From: Verrucomicrobiota bacterium
GTDB lineage: Bacteria; Verrucomicrobiota; Verrucomicrobiia; Opitutales; Cerasicoccaceae
Reading direction: 5' to 3'
Length of the DNA stretch: 38,239 nucleotides
NCBI GenBank assembly: GCA_039818205.1
Contig: JBCBUK010000024.1
Location: 1 to 38,239 of the forward strand
Part shown: one piece after another, positions 9,296-19,500 of the stretch
How positions within the stretch are numbered: the stretch's first letter is position 1
Layout of the letters: each line of letters begins with the position of its first letter
Notes under the pieces: model-generated
The model's input: the letters and a program-made list of their open reading frames with translations, nothing else
What the model was told of the DNA's origin: nothing
Databases searched by the model: none
Position numbers and translations under genes: made by a program

Positions 9296-9325
9296 AGCCC
9301 GTGACTTAATCGTCGCGGGCTTTTT
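9296..9325 (+). terminator. Intrinsic terminator of the DUF4331 operon
   Basis: Stem AGCCCGTGAC/GTCGCGGGCT, 6-nt loop, then a T run, about 30 nt after the stop. Confidence 0.85.
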
Positions 9326-9425
9326 CTGTTCACTGTTTTACGTCCACATGCAACCTAACTGGCAAGTCTTATACCAATCTATAGATTTGATGTTATTCTG
9401 CACCTGAACGGACATCTTTGGCCCA

Positions 9426-9644
9426 ATGCTTACACCGCTCGGGCTATTTGCGAGGTTTGAAACTAAAATCCATTCAAGATGTCACGACGCAGTTGTACTG
9501 GCATCGAACAGAACCACGCACATCGATCACGTCATCGCACTTCGTATTGGCCTATTCGTGATCGAAACGAAAAGCTATTGAGGCTAAGTTTATGGGAGCA
9601 AAAACCAGACGAAACGGACCAAAGTTCTACACGGCAAGAAATCC
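9426..9644 (+). pseudogene. NERD (nuclease-related domain) gene relic
   Basis: Manual translation ...HDAVVLASNRTTHIDHVIALRIGLFVIETKSY*G*VYGSKNQTKRTKVLHGKKS matches the NERD pattern TQIDH..GIFVIETKNYxGxIxG; two stops at 9579 and 9585. Confidence 0.75.
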
Positions 9645-9915
9645 GTGTTGCGCACGGTGAAAAGGTATAAGCCTTCCCAAGACCTTTCATTGATTTATAA
9701 CATTCTAGGTAACGGAGAGCACCTGGTCAGGCTGCAGGGTAGCGATGCAAACTATTTCCTCCGTTTTTAGTTCGAATCATTTCAGGTGCGCCTGTGGGGA
9801 AAAAATGCGAAAATGGAGAACCTCCGATTCTTAACGTTGTGTCTCTGCTAGTTTCTAGATAAGGCAATCAGTAACATAAAATACTTTTTAGATTGTGTAA
9901 TATCCCCCAGAATAT

Positions 9916-12300
9916 TTGTCTAATACGCTTATGACCACTTGGTCGCAGTCTCATTTGATGTCCATTGGCAACGCACTCAGCCTAAAAATGCTGCCAATCG
10001 CTTTCGGGATGCTCCTCGCAACTTTCTCGAGCACATACGCAGCGAACGGCGAGGCGTATTATGGCGAGGACTCATACAACCTTTCGATTAAACAAATTTA
10101 TTACAGCTCAGTGGAGTTCGATCCCTATTTTGATCCGAGAACAGAAAGCTCAGAATACCGACTCTTTCAAGAAGGACGACCTAGCTATATTGTGCTAGAT
10201 AGGAGTCATTTCGGAGTCGATTCATTGGTCAATCTATGGCCAAACACGCATTACCGATTCGAAATATGGTCAAAAAATTCGAACGAGTTATTCAATTCGT
10301 TCGAATTTGAAACACTTCCTCTATTCACTCAGGATGAGCCTATTCTCGCCTCGATCGGACCAAGCGGATACGTCCAGATCCAGATACAAACGACATCTCG
10401 AAATACATCTGGATCCCGCCTGTTATGGCGAAAGGCAGAAGGCGAATCGGAGTGGAGCGTAATCAAAGATTTTAAAGAGTGGGAATACGAATACCTGGAC
10501 ACAAGGATCCAATATAATACCACCTACAATTATTAGGTAACTGAATTTTTTGATCCTGCCCCAGTTGCCGATTGCCCGTGGTGGAGTGATGCCTGCGTCA
10601 CCATTACACCTCAGCAAGTACCGCCAGATTCTCCAGATATCACCGTCTACGTTACGCCAGAGATCATCAGTACGAGAATAGAGTGGACTCCCGGAATCGA
10701 CAGAAATCGCGTTGAGCGACGCCTACTTGATGGCAACACTTGGAAACCAGCTAGTGTGTATGATTGGCTCCCCAATACGTCCTATGTGTACCGGGTGACC
10801 GCCTCAAATGAAGCTGGCGATTCGCTAAACCCAGCAGAAGTAATCGTCGAAACACCGCAACGCGCTATTCCCAGAATCGCATATGTAAGTGATTTCTTTG
10901 TTCAATCGGGTACAGAGATTAGGCTCTTTATCGAGCCAGTCGAACGGGCGAATCGCTACATTGCTGAACGGCAAAAGCAAGGTGAGTCCGAATGGGAAAC
11001 CGTTCATGATGTTACCACTCAAAATAGTTTCGAACTTATTGATGCGGCAGTTAAGGAAGACTACTACTACTCCTATCGCATAATAGCATCGAATGAGACC
11101 GGATCAGCGGAGCCAGGCCAATCCCTTGCCATACTTGCCTACAATTCCATTCTTTACTACAATGAAGAGTTCGACCCGGAGCCTTCGCCATACTGGATAC
11201 GGCTTGAAGGAGTAACCCCGAAAGTCATCGATGGGCGTCACGTATTGGCTTTTGATGGCCCGGAAGACCGAATAGCAGAAATAATGGGAGTCCCGGCAAA
11301 GTTCGAATCCAACCTAACCTTCACAGTGAAATTTAACCAAGATACAAGCACTGGAATCGTGGACCCTTTTGACTTTGAATGCCATGCCATCCAAAACGAT
11401 CGGAGTACCAGTTTTTCAGCGAATCTCGGGATATTAATTCATCCAGGGAATAATCAAAACTATACAACTGACTAGTTCACTTCAGACCCCCTCAAAGTCC
11501 TTGATCTACCAGAAATAAATCCAATCGGCTTTCGTTTTCAACAAACCCGGCACGGGGGCGAAGGAAAAGAGGTATGGTATCTTGATTCCGTAACACTCAA
11601 AGGACCGGCGGTCGAGGCGCCCGACCAACCGAGTACACCGACCGCCTCCGAGCGTGCCTCCCAAAGCATCACGCTCAATTGGGACAGCATGGAAGGCGTG
11701 ACGGATTACATTATCCAGCGGTCACACGGCGGCGAGTTTCAGCAAGTCGGTCGGGTTCCAGCTTATAAAACCACTTATGAAGACCACGGCCTGGTGGCGA
11801 ACAAAAGCTATTTGTATCGAGTCCAAGCTGTGAATCAAAGCGGCAGCTCGGACCCTGGATTATCCAACGTATTTGAAACTCTCACTCAGAAACGTGACTG
11901 GCAGAAACAAAACTTCGATAACCCCGATGGTCCCGATGCCAATCTTTACGCGGTCGACGCTCTGGGTATCCCTAACTTGTTGCGCTTCGCATTTAACTCG
12001 CCCCCGGGACAAGGTTTGCGCCAAGCAAACTACGATAGGCAATCAGGCGGCACACCGTTGGTCACACACGAACCCAATGGTCATCAGCGCATCGAATTCA
12101 ACCGTCGCCGGCCAGAATCAAACCCTGGCATCACCTACGTCCTTGAGTGCTCCAATGACTTGAAGAGTTGGCACGCAGTTGCCCCTGACTACACAGCAGA
12201 GCTTTTGGATGATCAATTCGAATGGATAAGGTGGATGGGCACAACGGCATCTGGACCAAGATTCTACCGCGTTATCGTAAAGGATAACCCAGAGAACTAA
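9916..12300 (+). pseudogene. Secreted multi-fibronectin-type-III protein interrupted by two in-frame TAG codons (10534-10536, 11473-11475)
   Basis: ORFs at 9916, 10756 and 11689 share one frame and the gaps translate without further stops. FN3 motifs (LWPNTHYRFEI, LPNTSYVYRVTASN, LVANKSYLYRVQAVN); Verrucomicrobia-style C-terminus (YVLECSNDLKSW...FYRV). Probable start ATG 9988. Confidence 0.8.
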
Positions 12301-12376
12301 ACCTGCCCAGTTTCTCGGCTAAATAATCCAAACCAATTAAAACATCGGTTCGATGTTGAATTAATTTGGCTAACCT

Positions 12377-12394
12377 TGGTCGAGGCGGAGGGAT
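12377..12394 (-). repeat. Possible degenerate tRNA 3'-end (att-like) fragment
   Basis: The minus strand reads ATCCCTCCGCCTCGACCA, resembling ATCCTCTCAGCCCGACCA of the four att copies; no arm follows. Confidence 0.3.
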
Positions 12395-12502
12395 GTATTT
12401 CATAACCCTTTCGCATTTGATTCGTACAAACCTTGTTCCCTCAGATGAGCCTGCCGTGAGCTATTTCATAAAAGCGAAAGTCGGGTCAGCGAAATTTAGT
12501 TT

Positions 12503-12592
12503 TTAGGCCGCCTTGAGTCCCTCCTTTCCATTAGCGCGGCGATAGTAATTTAAGAGGCCACCCAGCCGTTCAAACTTTCGAATAGCTGAGCT
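12503..12592 (-). pseudogene. C-terminal relic of an integrase-core (rve/DDE) transposase
   Basis: Translates SSAIRKFERLGGLLNYYRRANGKEGLKAA*; ERLGGLLxYY is the recalled C-terminal signature of the same family as the relic at 3717-3875. Confidence 0.65.
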
Positions 12593-12607
12593 TCATCGTA
12601 AGCAACG

Positions 12608-15502
12608 CTAATTCAATATTAGGCGATTCGTTGCCAAACCTTCAGAGACACTTGTCCCCAAAGCGTAGTCGATAAAGTCACCATCGTTCGCAACCTCATC
12701 GGCGTCATTGAACATCCAAATCTCCAATTCAACAACTTCATCTGCTGCCGCAACCGGCAAGTCGGGAAGCAAGTTGCGATTCAAATCGGTTCTGATATAG
12801 TCTCCAGCGTCTCTGTAATCCCCATCCCCATTCGCGTCGATTGCCAGAAGGATATCAGCCGAGTGATCATAGATCTCGACACGACACGGACGACTTGCAC
12901 GCCCGAAAATATCGACGACTTCTTCTAATTCATCGCGGACATAGATCGAGTTCAGAAACGGAACATAGTAGAATGGATTGTCCTCGATAAGACTCGCGTC
13001 AACAACCGTCAGAGACTCCCTCTGGTCTGAGGTGGATAGATTCCAAACCGATTTTTTTGTAACCCCATTGGGACTCGACCATGTGACATCGACCGGCATC
13101 GTTGCTGCGTCATCTTCCGTCACACCAGATTCGACAATGACTTGAACCGTAAAAGGAACCCCCGAACCAAGCATAGGACTACAGCGACCAGCCTCGGCCT
13201 CCGAATCTCCCTTCACCAACTCGAAGACACAGACCTCGTCATTCAGATCCCGAACAACCGGCGACAATCCCGGAGCACTAACTTCAACGCTGCCGCTTAC
13301 ATCGGCTTCACCCAAGTTGAGAATGCTAAAGCTGGCTAACGCAGACTCGCCAGCGAGTACGCTCGTATCGATCTGCTGAGGTTGAATTGTTACCCATTCC
13401 ATCCGACCTGGGCTCGACGCCTCCTTTGACCTTAGATCCTGAACATTCAAGCTCCGATCTAGCGAATCAACGGAATCCGCATGCGTTCCACCTGATTCGC
13501 TTAGGAACTCCTGCAACTTTTCCAAACGGGAATATAAATCGGGAACTCGTTCAAACCATACCTCAGCGACCTTCTGGCCACTGACAATCCGCGATTCGAT
13601 CTCTTCACGAATCTTACCTGCCGCCTCAACATTGCCTTCCGTAATATAGAACTCGAGGAGATCGACCAACACATCGATCGCAATGTGGTGTTGGTTGAAT
13701 TTATCGGCTAGGTCAAGTGCAGTTAGCCAAGCCTGGACCGCACCTGCCTTCCGGCCGACCATACCCAACGCTTTCGCGTATACTTGATAAACACCACATT
13801 CTGATATCTTTGTCCCACGCACTCTCAAAATCTCAATTGCACGAGTTACATCCGCGATCGCTTCCTCCGGTCGATCAAGCTCGATATAAATTCTGGCGCG
13901 CAACTGAAGGGCGCTAACCAGATACTGAACCGCATTCACCGCCTCAACAAGTTCAACCGCTTTATTGGTATGTGCGAGCGCCTTCTCAGGCATACCCGAT
14001 AAAAGATACGTTCCCGCTTCCAACAACTCTAAATCATTCAGCGACAGGTTTCGCTGATAGCCCCTCAAGGCATTTCCCACATCTTCGTTAAACAGCTCAA
14101 ACTCCTCCAGCGAATTTCTTCCCAGCCGGACACCGATAGAAAGCTCCATAGATCGCCCAGAGTAGTATTTCACATCTAGTGCCTTAATATCGTCTTCTTT
14201 AAAATGCACTATTGATTCAAGCACCTGCGCCGCGCCTTCATAGTCTCCAATTCGATTCAGCTCCGAGGCCATCTTGATGATTGCTGCCAGATAAAATGCC
14301 TTGCTCCGCCAATCGAGATCAAATTTATCAAGCACTTCCGCCATCTCGTCAATGCGTTGTTCTTGAATACGGAGGTATTCGTCGCTGTCACCAATCGACC
14401 ACGCGTGGAAGTCATTCGCTGACAACCACAAAATATATTCACTATCCGTCATCAGTTGATCGCGCAATCGACTATCGGACTCAAGCTCTTCCGCCATGGA
14501 CTTCTCCAACGGAATCATCTCATCATAGACGCCGAACGCCTCAGCGATCCTTCCCTCAAACCAATAGCTATTGAAAATCGCTCGTTTTGCTCGAAGCACC
14601 TCATTGAAGACCGTCGCGTTCGAATAAGGGACGTTTTTAAAGCGTATACTCGCTTCCAGAAACGATTCTCTAGAGGATTCAAAATTACCCAACCCATTCT
14701 CGGTAAACCCAGCATCCATAAACACATGTCCATAGTCGCTCACGGCCCAAGCCATAAGCTCCAAAATGACATCGTACTCACGCTTAGCCTCTATTAGGTT
14801 TCCCGCCAGCTGATACCGAACACCCCGCCGATACTCATCGCGAAACCAACAGGAATGGAAAACATCCGGATTCTCCAAATGCTCTTGAGCCATAGCCTTT
14901 GGCTCCACCAATTCATCCGGTATCACAATTTCGTTTTTGACGTACGAATCAATATCCTCGGGCTTTTCTGACAATCGAGTCATCGTCGCCGCTCCAGCGC
15001 AATCCATGATAATGTGCACCTTGTCTTCAACAAACTTCATGTAATGGCATCGCGTACGAAGTAAGTCTTCTTCCATCATCCCCTTCCAGGAATACCGGCT
15101 CACTTCATCGTCTTCATCCAGGTATATGGAAGTAACGTAGCACTTCCCCGTCTCGTGGCCCACCGGCCTTATCCAAATAATGCCAGGCGTCCCATCAGTC
15201 CAGACCCCAAACCAGTATGAATCATAGAGAGGTTTAAGCTTCTCTTCGGAATCCAAAATTCGTTCCAGATAGATCTGATCTTCCCTCGAAAGGTCTCCAT
15301 AGCGAAAAACTCCAGCCGGCCTCCGATCATTCTGCGACTTTTTGACAAGGACCTCGTCGCCATCTCGCTCAACATAAGTCCCGTTATAAACCTGCCCATG
15401 AACATCGGTCCAGTTGTATCCCAATAGAGTCTCAAGCTGGACGAGCAAGGCGAGGCAAAGTAAAAACCCAGATCTCATTCGAGTCATTATCAACGCCAGC
15501 AA
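12608..15502 (-). CDS. Secreted SHD1-domain/TPR-repeat protein with acidic beta-rich C-terminal domain
   Basis: Signal peptide (likely start ATG 15478, MRSGFLLCLALL); SHD1-like WTDVHGQVYNGTYV...DLSREDQIYL; long TPR-like region; DANGDGDYRDAGD Ca-binding-like loop. Confidence 0.75.
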   Translation of the reverse strand: MLALIMTRMRSGFLLCLALLVQLETLLGYNWTDVHGQVYNGTYVERDGDEVLVKKSQNDRRPAGVFRYGDLSREDQIYLERILDSEEKLKPLYDSYWFGVWTDGTPGIIWIRPVGHETGKCYVTSIYLDEDDEVSRYSWKGMMEEDLLRTRCHYMKFVEDKVHIIMDCAGAATMTRLSEKPEDIDSYVKNEIVIPDELVEPKAMAQEHLENPDVFHSCWFRDEYRRGVRYQLAGNLIEAKREYDVILELMAWAVSDYGHVFMDAGFTENGLGNFESSRESFLEASIRFKNVPYSNATVFNEVLRAKRAIFNSYWFEGRIAEAFGVYDEMIPLEKSMAEELESDSRLRDQLMTDSEYILWLSANDFHAWSIGDSDEYLRIQEQRIDEMAEVLDKFDLDWRSKAFYLAAIIKMASELNRIGDYEGAAQVLESIVHFKEDDIKALDVKYYSGRSMELSIGVRLGRNSLEEFELFNEDVGNALRGYQRNLSLNDLELLEAGTYLLSGMPEKALAHTNKAVELVEAVNAVQYLVSALQLRARIYIELDRPEEAIADVTRAIEILRVRGTKISECGVYQVYAKALGMVGRKAGAVQAWLTALDLADKFNQHHIAIDVLVDLLEFYITEGNVEAAGKIREEIESRIVSGQKVAEVWFERVPDLYSRLEKLQEFLSESGGTHADSVDSLDRSLNVQDLRSKEASSPGRMEWVTIQPQQIDTSVLAGESALASFSILNLGEADVSGSVEVSAPGLSPVVRDLNDEVCVFELVKGDSEAEAGRCSPMLGSGVPFTVQVIVESGVTEDDAATMPVDVTWSSPNGVTKKSVWNLSTSDQRESLTVVDASLIEDNPFYYVPFLNSIYVRDELEEVVDIFGRASRPCRVEIYDHSADILLAIDANGDGDYRDAGDYIRTDLNRNLLPDLPVAAADEVVELEIWMFNDADEVANDGDFIDYALGTSVSEGLATNRLILN

Positions 15503-15550
15503 CGAGATTACAAGCGCATCTCAAACACAATACAAACTGCCATAAATACT

Positions 15551-15634
15551 GTATGGTCGGGCTGAGAGGATTCGACAGCCATCGTTGAATACCAAACACT
15601 TACAAACCCGATGGGCGTTTAGTGGGCGGGATTT
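15551..15634 (-). repeat. att-like repeat R1: tRNA-Pro-like 3' end plus conserved arm
   Basis: 15554-15575 reads TCGAATCCTCTCAGCCCGACCA on the minus strand (T-loop, T-stem, acceptor strand, A73, CCA), followed by gttgaataccaaacacttacaaaccc and atgggcg/gtgggcg repeats. Confidence 0.9.
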
Positions 15635-15687
15635 GATGGCCAAGATCACCAAGAAAATTGAGAGTTGCAATTCCAAGTATTGAAATT

Positions 15688-16413
15688 TCAAAGATTTGGC
15701 AGAGGATCACCTAAGCGAATGCTTTTTCCGAAAACGCATGCAGCCCAAAAGCTATCACGTGGCATCCAGCTATGGATGAGCGAACACGAGGTTCTATAAA
15801 GCTCTTTCGGCAAACCCCTTATCGCAATGCTTTCAGCAGAATAGTCTAATTCAATCGAAGACAGCCCAACGTTGAGACCATGCCCAGTAAGTTTAACAAT
15901 CGCCTCTTTGATGGTCCACCCCCTAGCCAAAAAGAAAGGCTTCTCTTGATCCCTCAGATCGCCGAAAGCCGCGATCTCTGCTGGACTAAGTATCGTTTGA
16001 TACAGTTCACGCCAGTCAGTGAAACCAGGAACCGATTCGATATCGACACCGACTGAAAAGTCGCTGCTCATACCCAATAAAACTAAATCATCAGAGTGGC
16101 TCAGATTAAAATATGGCGCGTTCTCCAGACCAACTAGAGTTGGTTTGCCCCACGGCCCTCCTTCAAACTTTAGGTCGCTTGGACGGACCCCAATCAAGCG
16201 GGCCAGGCGATGCCGCAACCAAGCAGTTCGCACAATACATCGATCACGGTCACGTTGGTATTTGTACGCGTTCGCCCGCCGCATCTCCTTTTCAGTAAGC
16301 ATATCTGGCAACGAACTACTTCCCGCCAAGCGCGACACATCCAATAGCCAACATTGGCCGCTCGGCAACGGGTATGGCGATTCGTGATCGTCGAAGATGC
16401 TGAAGTCGTCCAT
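15688..16413 (-). CDS. Sfp-type 4'-phosphopantetheinyl transferase
   Basis: Motifs GKP, FNLSHS, VGVDIE, WTIKEAIVKLTGHGL; divergent from the NRPS. Confidence 0.93.
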   Translation of the reverse strand: MDDFSIFDDHESPYPLPSGQCWLLDVSRLAGSSSLPDMLTEKEMRRANAYKYQRDRDRCIVRTAWLRHRLARLIGVRPSDLKFEGGPWGKPTLVGLENAPYFNLSHSDDLVLLGMSSDFSVGVDIESVPGFTDWRELYQTILSPAEIAAFGDLRDQEKPFFLARGWTIKEAIVKLTGHGLNVGLSSIELDYSAESIAIRGLPKELYRTSCSLIHSWMPRDSFWAACVFGKSIRLGDPLPNL

Positions 16414-16539
16414 GTGATTGTCTTGAATAAATCGGTCCGATTGGCTATAGCGCGTCCTCTACCCTCGGACAGAACGTCGAATCCGCATATAATATAATTG
16501 ACCCAAGAATAGAGTAATCGTCACTTTCGCGCTACTACT

Positions 16540-19500
16540 ATGGAAACTACTAGCAAACGGGCACTGGTCAGCCGCATCAAGCGTTTATCTCCATTCGCGA
16601 GAGAGCGACTATACAGTCGACTGCGGGAGAAATCCTCGCCCACGGACGATGCCCAAGCTTCTCCAACCGATTCACAGAAATATTTTTGGCTGCTAGACTC
16701 GATCGAACCCCAGCCAGAATCGCTAAATCTCGCTTTCATGATTCAACTGGTCGGTGAAGATCCACAACGCAAACTGATCGAGAAAAGCATCCAATGGGTT
16801 GTTGGTCAAAACGATATCTTCCGGCAGCGGCTAATTGCGAACGGCGATGAAATAGAAATCGTGGTGGCTGACGAAGAAGTGCCGTTTCTCGTTCATCGAG
16901 TTAATATAACTGCGCCGGAGGGCAATCCGATGGACCTAGCTGTTACTCAACTGCAGGATGCGAATCGCCTGCCCTTCGACCTTAGCAAAGACCTCCCAAT
17001 ACGAACATACATTTTCACTTCGAACGAGTCGACCTACGCTATCGGATTTATCATTCATCACGTTGCCTTTGATGGATCATCGCTGAACCCCTTCTGGGAC
17101 CAGATTACGGATAACTATGAAGCATTGAGTCAGGGTCGAACGCCTCAGCTCCTCTCCGCCCAAAGCCAATACCGAGCCTATCAGCGCCGTCAAACCTCAC
17201 GCCGTTCGAATGAAATGATTGAGCAAGGATTGCAATTCTGGAAGGAACAGCTCGCGGGTGCCAACGGAAAACTCGAGTTGCATGATCGCAGGGACACCAA
17301 CATCAATAACAATTGCGAAGTGTTTGTCGATATTCCGTTGAAGTTACTTGCGCAGCTCGAGACTGCGGCCCGGCTGCAGCAAACGACTCCCTACATTCTT
17401 TCACTCGCAGCGTTCTACGGGTTGTTACAACGCCACACTGGCCAGAAGGATATCATGCTCGGCGCTCCCACTGCCATTCGCCCCGAAACAAGAGACGAGT
17501 CCGTCGTTGGCTGCACGCTGAATATGATCTGTTTGCGGCAAACGATTGATCCTCAATGCACCTATCAGTCCCTGGTCGATTCAACCCGGACAGTCCTGGA
17601 CGAAAGCTTGCAACATGCCGACTATCCATACTGGGAGATGTTGTCTGGCAACCAAGACCCTAAGAGCACTCAATTCGAAGCCTATTTTCAATACGGATCG
17701 TTTCGCGGCGAACTAAAGTCGCTCGGCCAAGCACTGGCGAGATTCCGTCCAGTGCCCGCAATCGCAACGTCACTCCCACTCACCGTGGAAATACGACCGG
17801 ATGCGGAGCACCCCACGCTGTCCATCAAGTACGATACGCAACGCATATCTCGGCGCTACGCGCAACGTCTTTGTCGCCGTTACCTAACCTTGCTGGAGTC
17901 CGCCATCAAACAGCCCAATACCTCGCTATGCGAACTGGCTCTATTGGATGCCGACGAACGCAAAGAATGGCAGGAACGGCTGGCCTTGAACGCCAAAGCC
18001 TATCCGTCCGATGCGACGATCCATAACCTCGTTGAACAGTCTGCAAACGGGCGCCCATCTCAAACGGCGATTTTATTTGGCTACGAACGCATCACATTCG
18101 GCGAACTTATCCAGCAGGTTAATCAAGTCGCCGCCAACCTCAGTGCTCAAGGCATCTGTACTGGCCAACGAGTGGGCGTTTCGCTGAAACGGCATCCCAA
18201 AATGATCGTCGCCATTTTAGCAACTATGCGGTGCGGCGCCGCCTATGTGCCATTGCCTCCCGAGAACCCATCGGATCGTATTCAGCTCATCGTTGCCGAT
18301 GCTGAGTTGGCAATGATCATCACGGATGCAGACTACGAATGGATCACGAGAATAACCGTCGCCACCGTTTCTTTAGACTCTCTTTTTGTTCAAACCGGCC
18401 ATGAACTCCCGGCGATCCCACCAACCGCTAGCGAGCCAGCTTACATCATGTATACGTCAGGCTCGACCGGAAAACCCAAGGGCGTAGTGATCGAACACCG
18501 CAGCGCAGTAAACTTCTTGGACAGCATGGCTGATGAGCTCGGAATCGAATCGGATGATCGACTTTTGGCACTGACCACAATCTCGTTCGACATATCGGTT
18601 CTCGAACTATTTCTCCCACTGATTCAAGGCGCCGAAATGGTCCTCGGAACGGAATCCATGCAACGGGAACCCGAGCAAATCATTCATGCGCTCGGACAAC
18701 ATGACATCACTCACTTTCAAGCCACCCCAACCACTTGGCAAATGCTCATCGAAGTCGGCTGGAAAGGAAAAGGGAATTTAAACATTCTCTGCGGTGGGGA
18801 GAGTATGGGTGAGGTCCTAGCTGCAAAGCTACTCGCGTGCGGCCGTTCTCTATGGAATCTCTATGGTCCAACGGAAACGACGGTTTGGTCGACGATTCAA
18901 CAGATTCATTCGGCCAACGAGATTAGCATTGGCCACCCGATCGCGAACACCACTGTCCTCATTGTCGATCGCGATTTGAAGCCGGTCCTGCCGTGTGTCG
19001 TTGGTGAGATCCTAATTGGTGGAGATGGACTAGCGCGGGAGTATTGGCGGCGTGACCAACTAACCGCTAAGCGCTTTATTCATCTCGAGATAGGCGATCA
19101 ACCGATGCGACTATACCGCACGGGCGACCTTGGGCGTTACAATGCGGAGGGTCACCTTGAGTGCCTCGGCCGCATGGATCACCAGATTAAGATTCGTGGG
19201 CATCGCATCGAAATCGAAGAGATCGAGCGCGTCGTCAACGACCTACCAATCAATGGGAAGGCAGTGGTCGTCGCCCATCAAGACCCGAACCAAGGCACGC
19301 AACTCGTCACCTATTATACAGGCGATCCTAGGGAAGGCGTCGAAGAATGGAAGCAGGTCCTGCTGCAAAAGCTCCCCGCAATCATGGTACCAAGACATTG
19401 GGTGAATCTTGAAACGTTTCCTAAGACCGCCAGCGGAAAGGTCGATCGAAAAATGCTGGCTGGCCTCACCGTATCCGAGATCCAACGGGAAACCGTATTT

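Noticed and set aside
9869..9896. dif/Xer-like site (taacataa half-site)
   Set aside because: Only a partial XerD-like half matches, with no XerC-like partner arm at the right spacing.
9916..12300. Genome-wide TAG reassignment
   Set aside because: TAG ends apparently complete genes here (SDR at 23338 with the next gene 2 nt later, TPP enzyme at 25128, NlpC/P60 at 34708).
15636..15683. Mini-ORF MAKITKKIESCNSKY after the R1 arm as an integrase stump
   Set aside because: Only 15 codons and not conserved after R2 or R3; too little to support.
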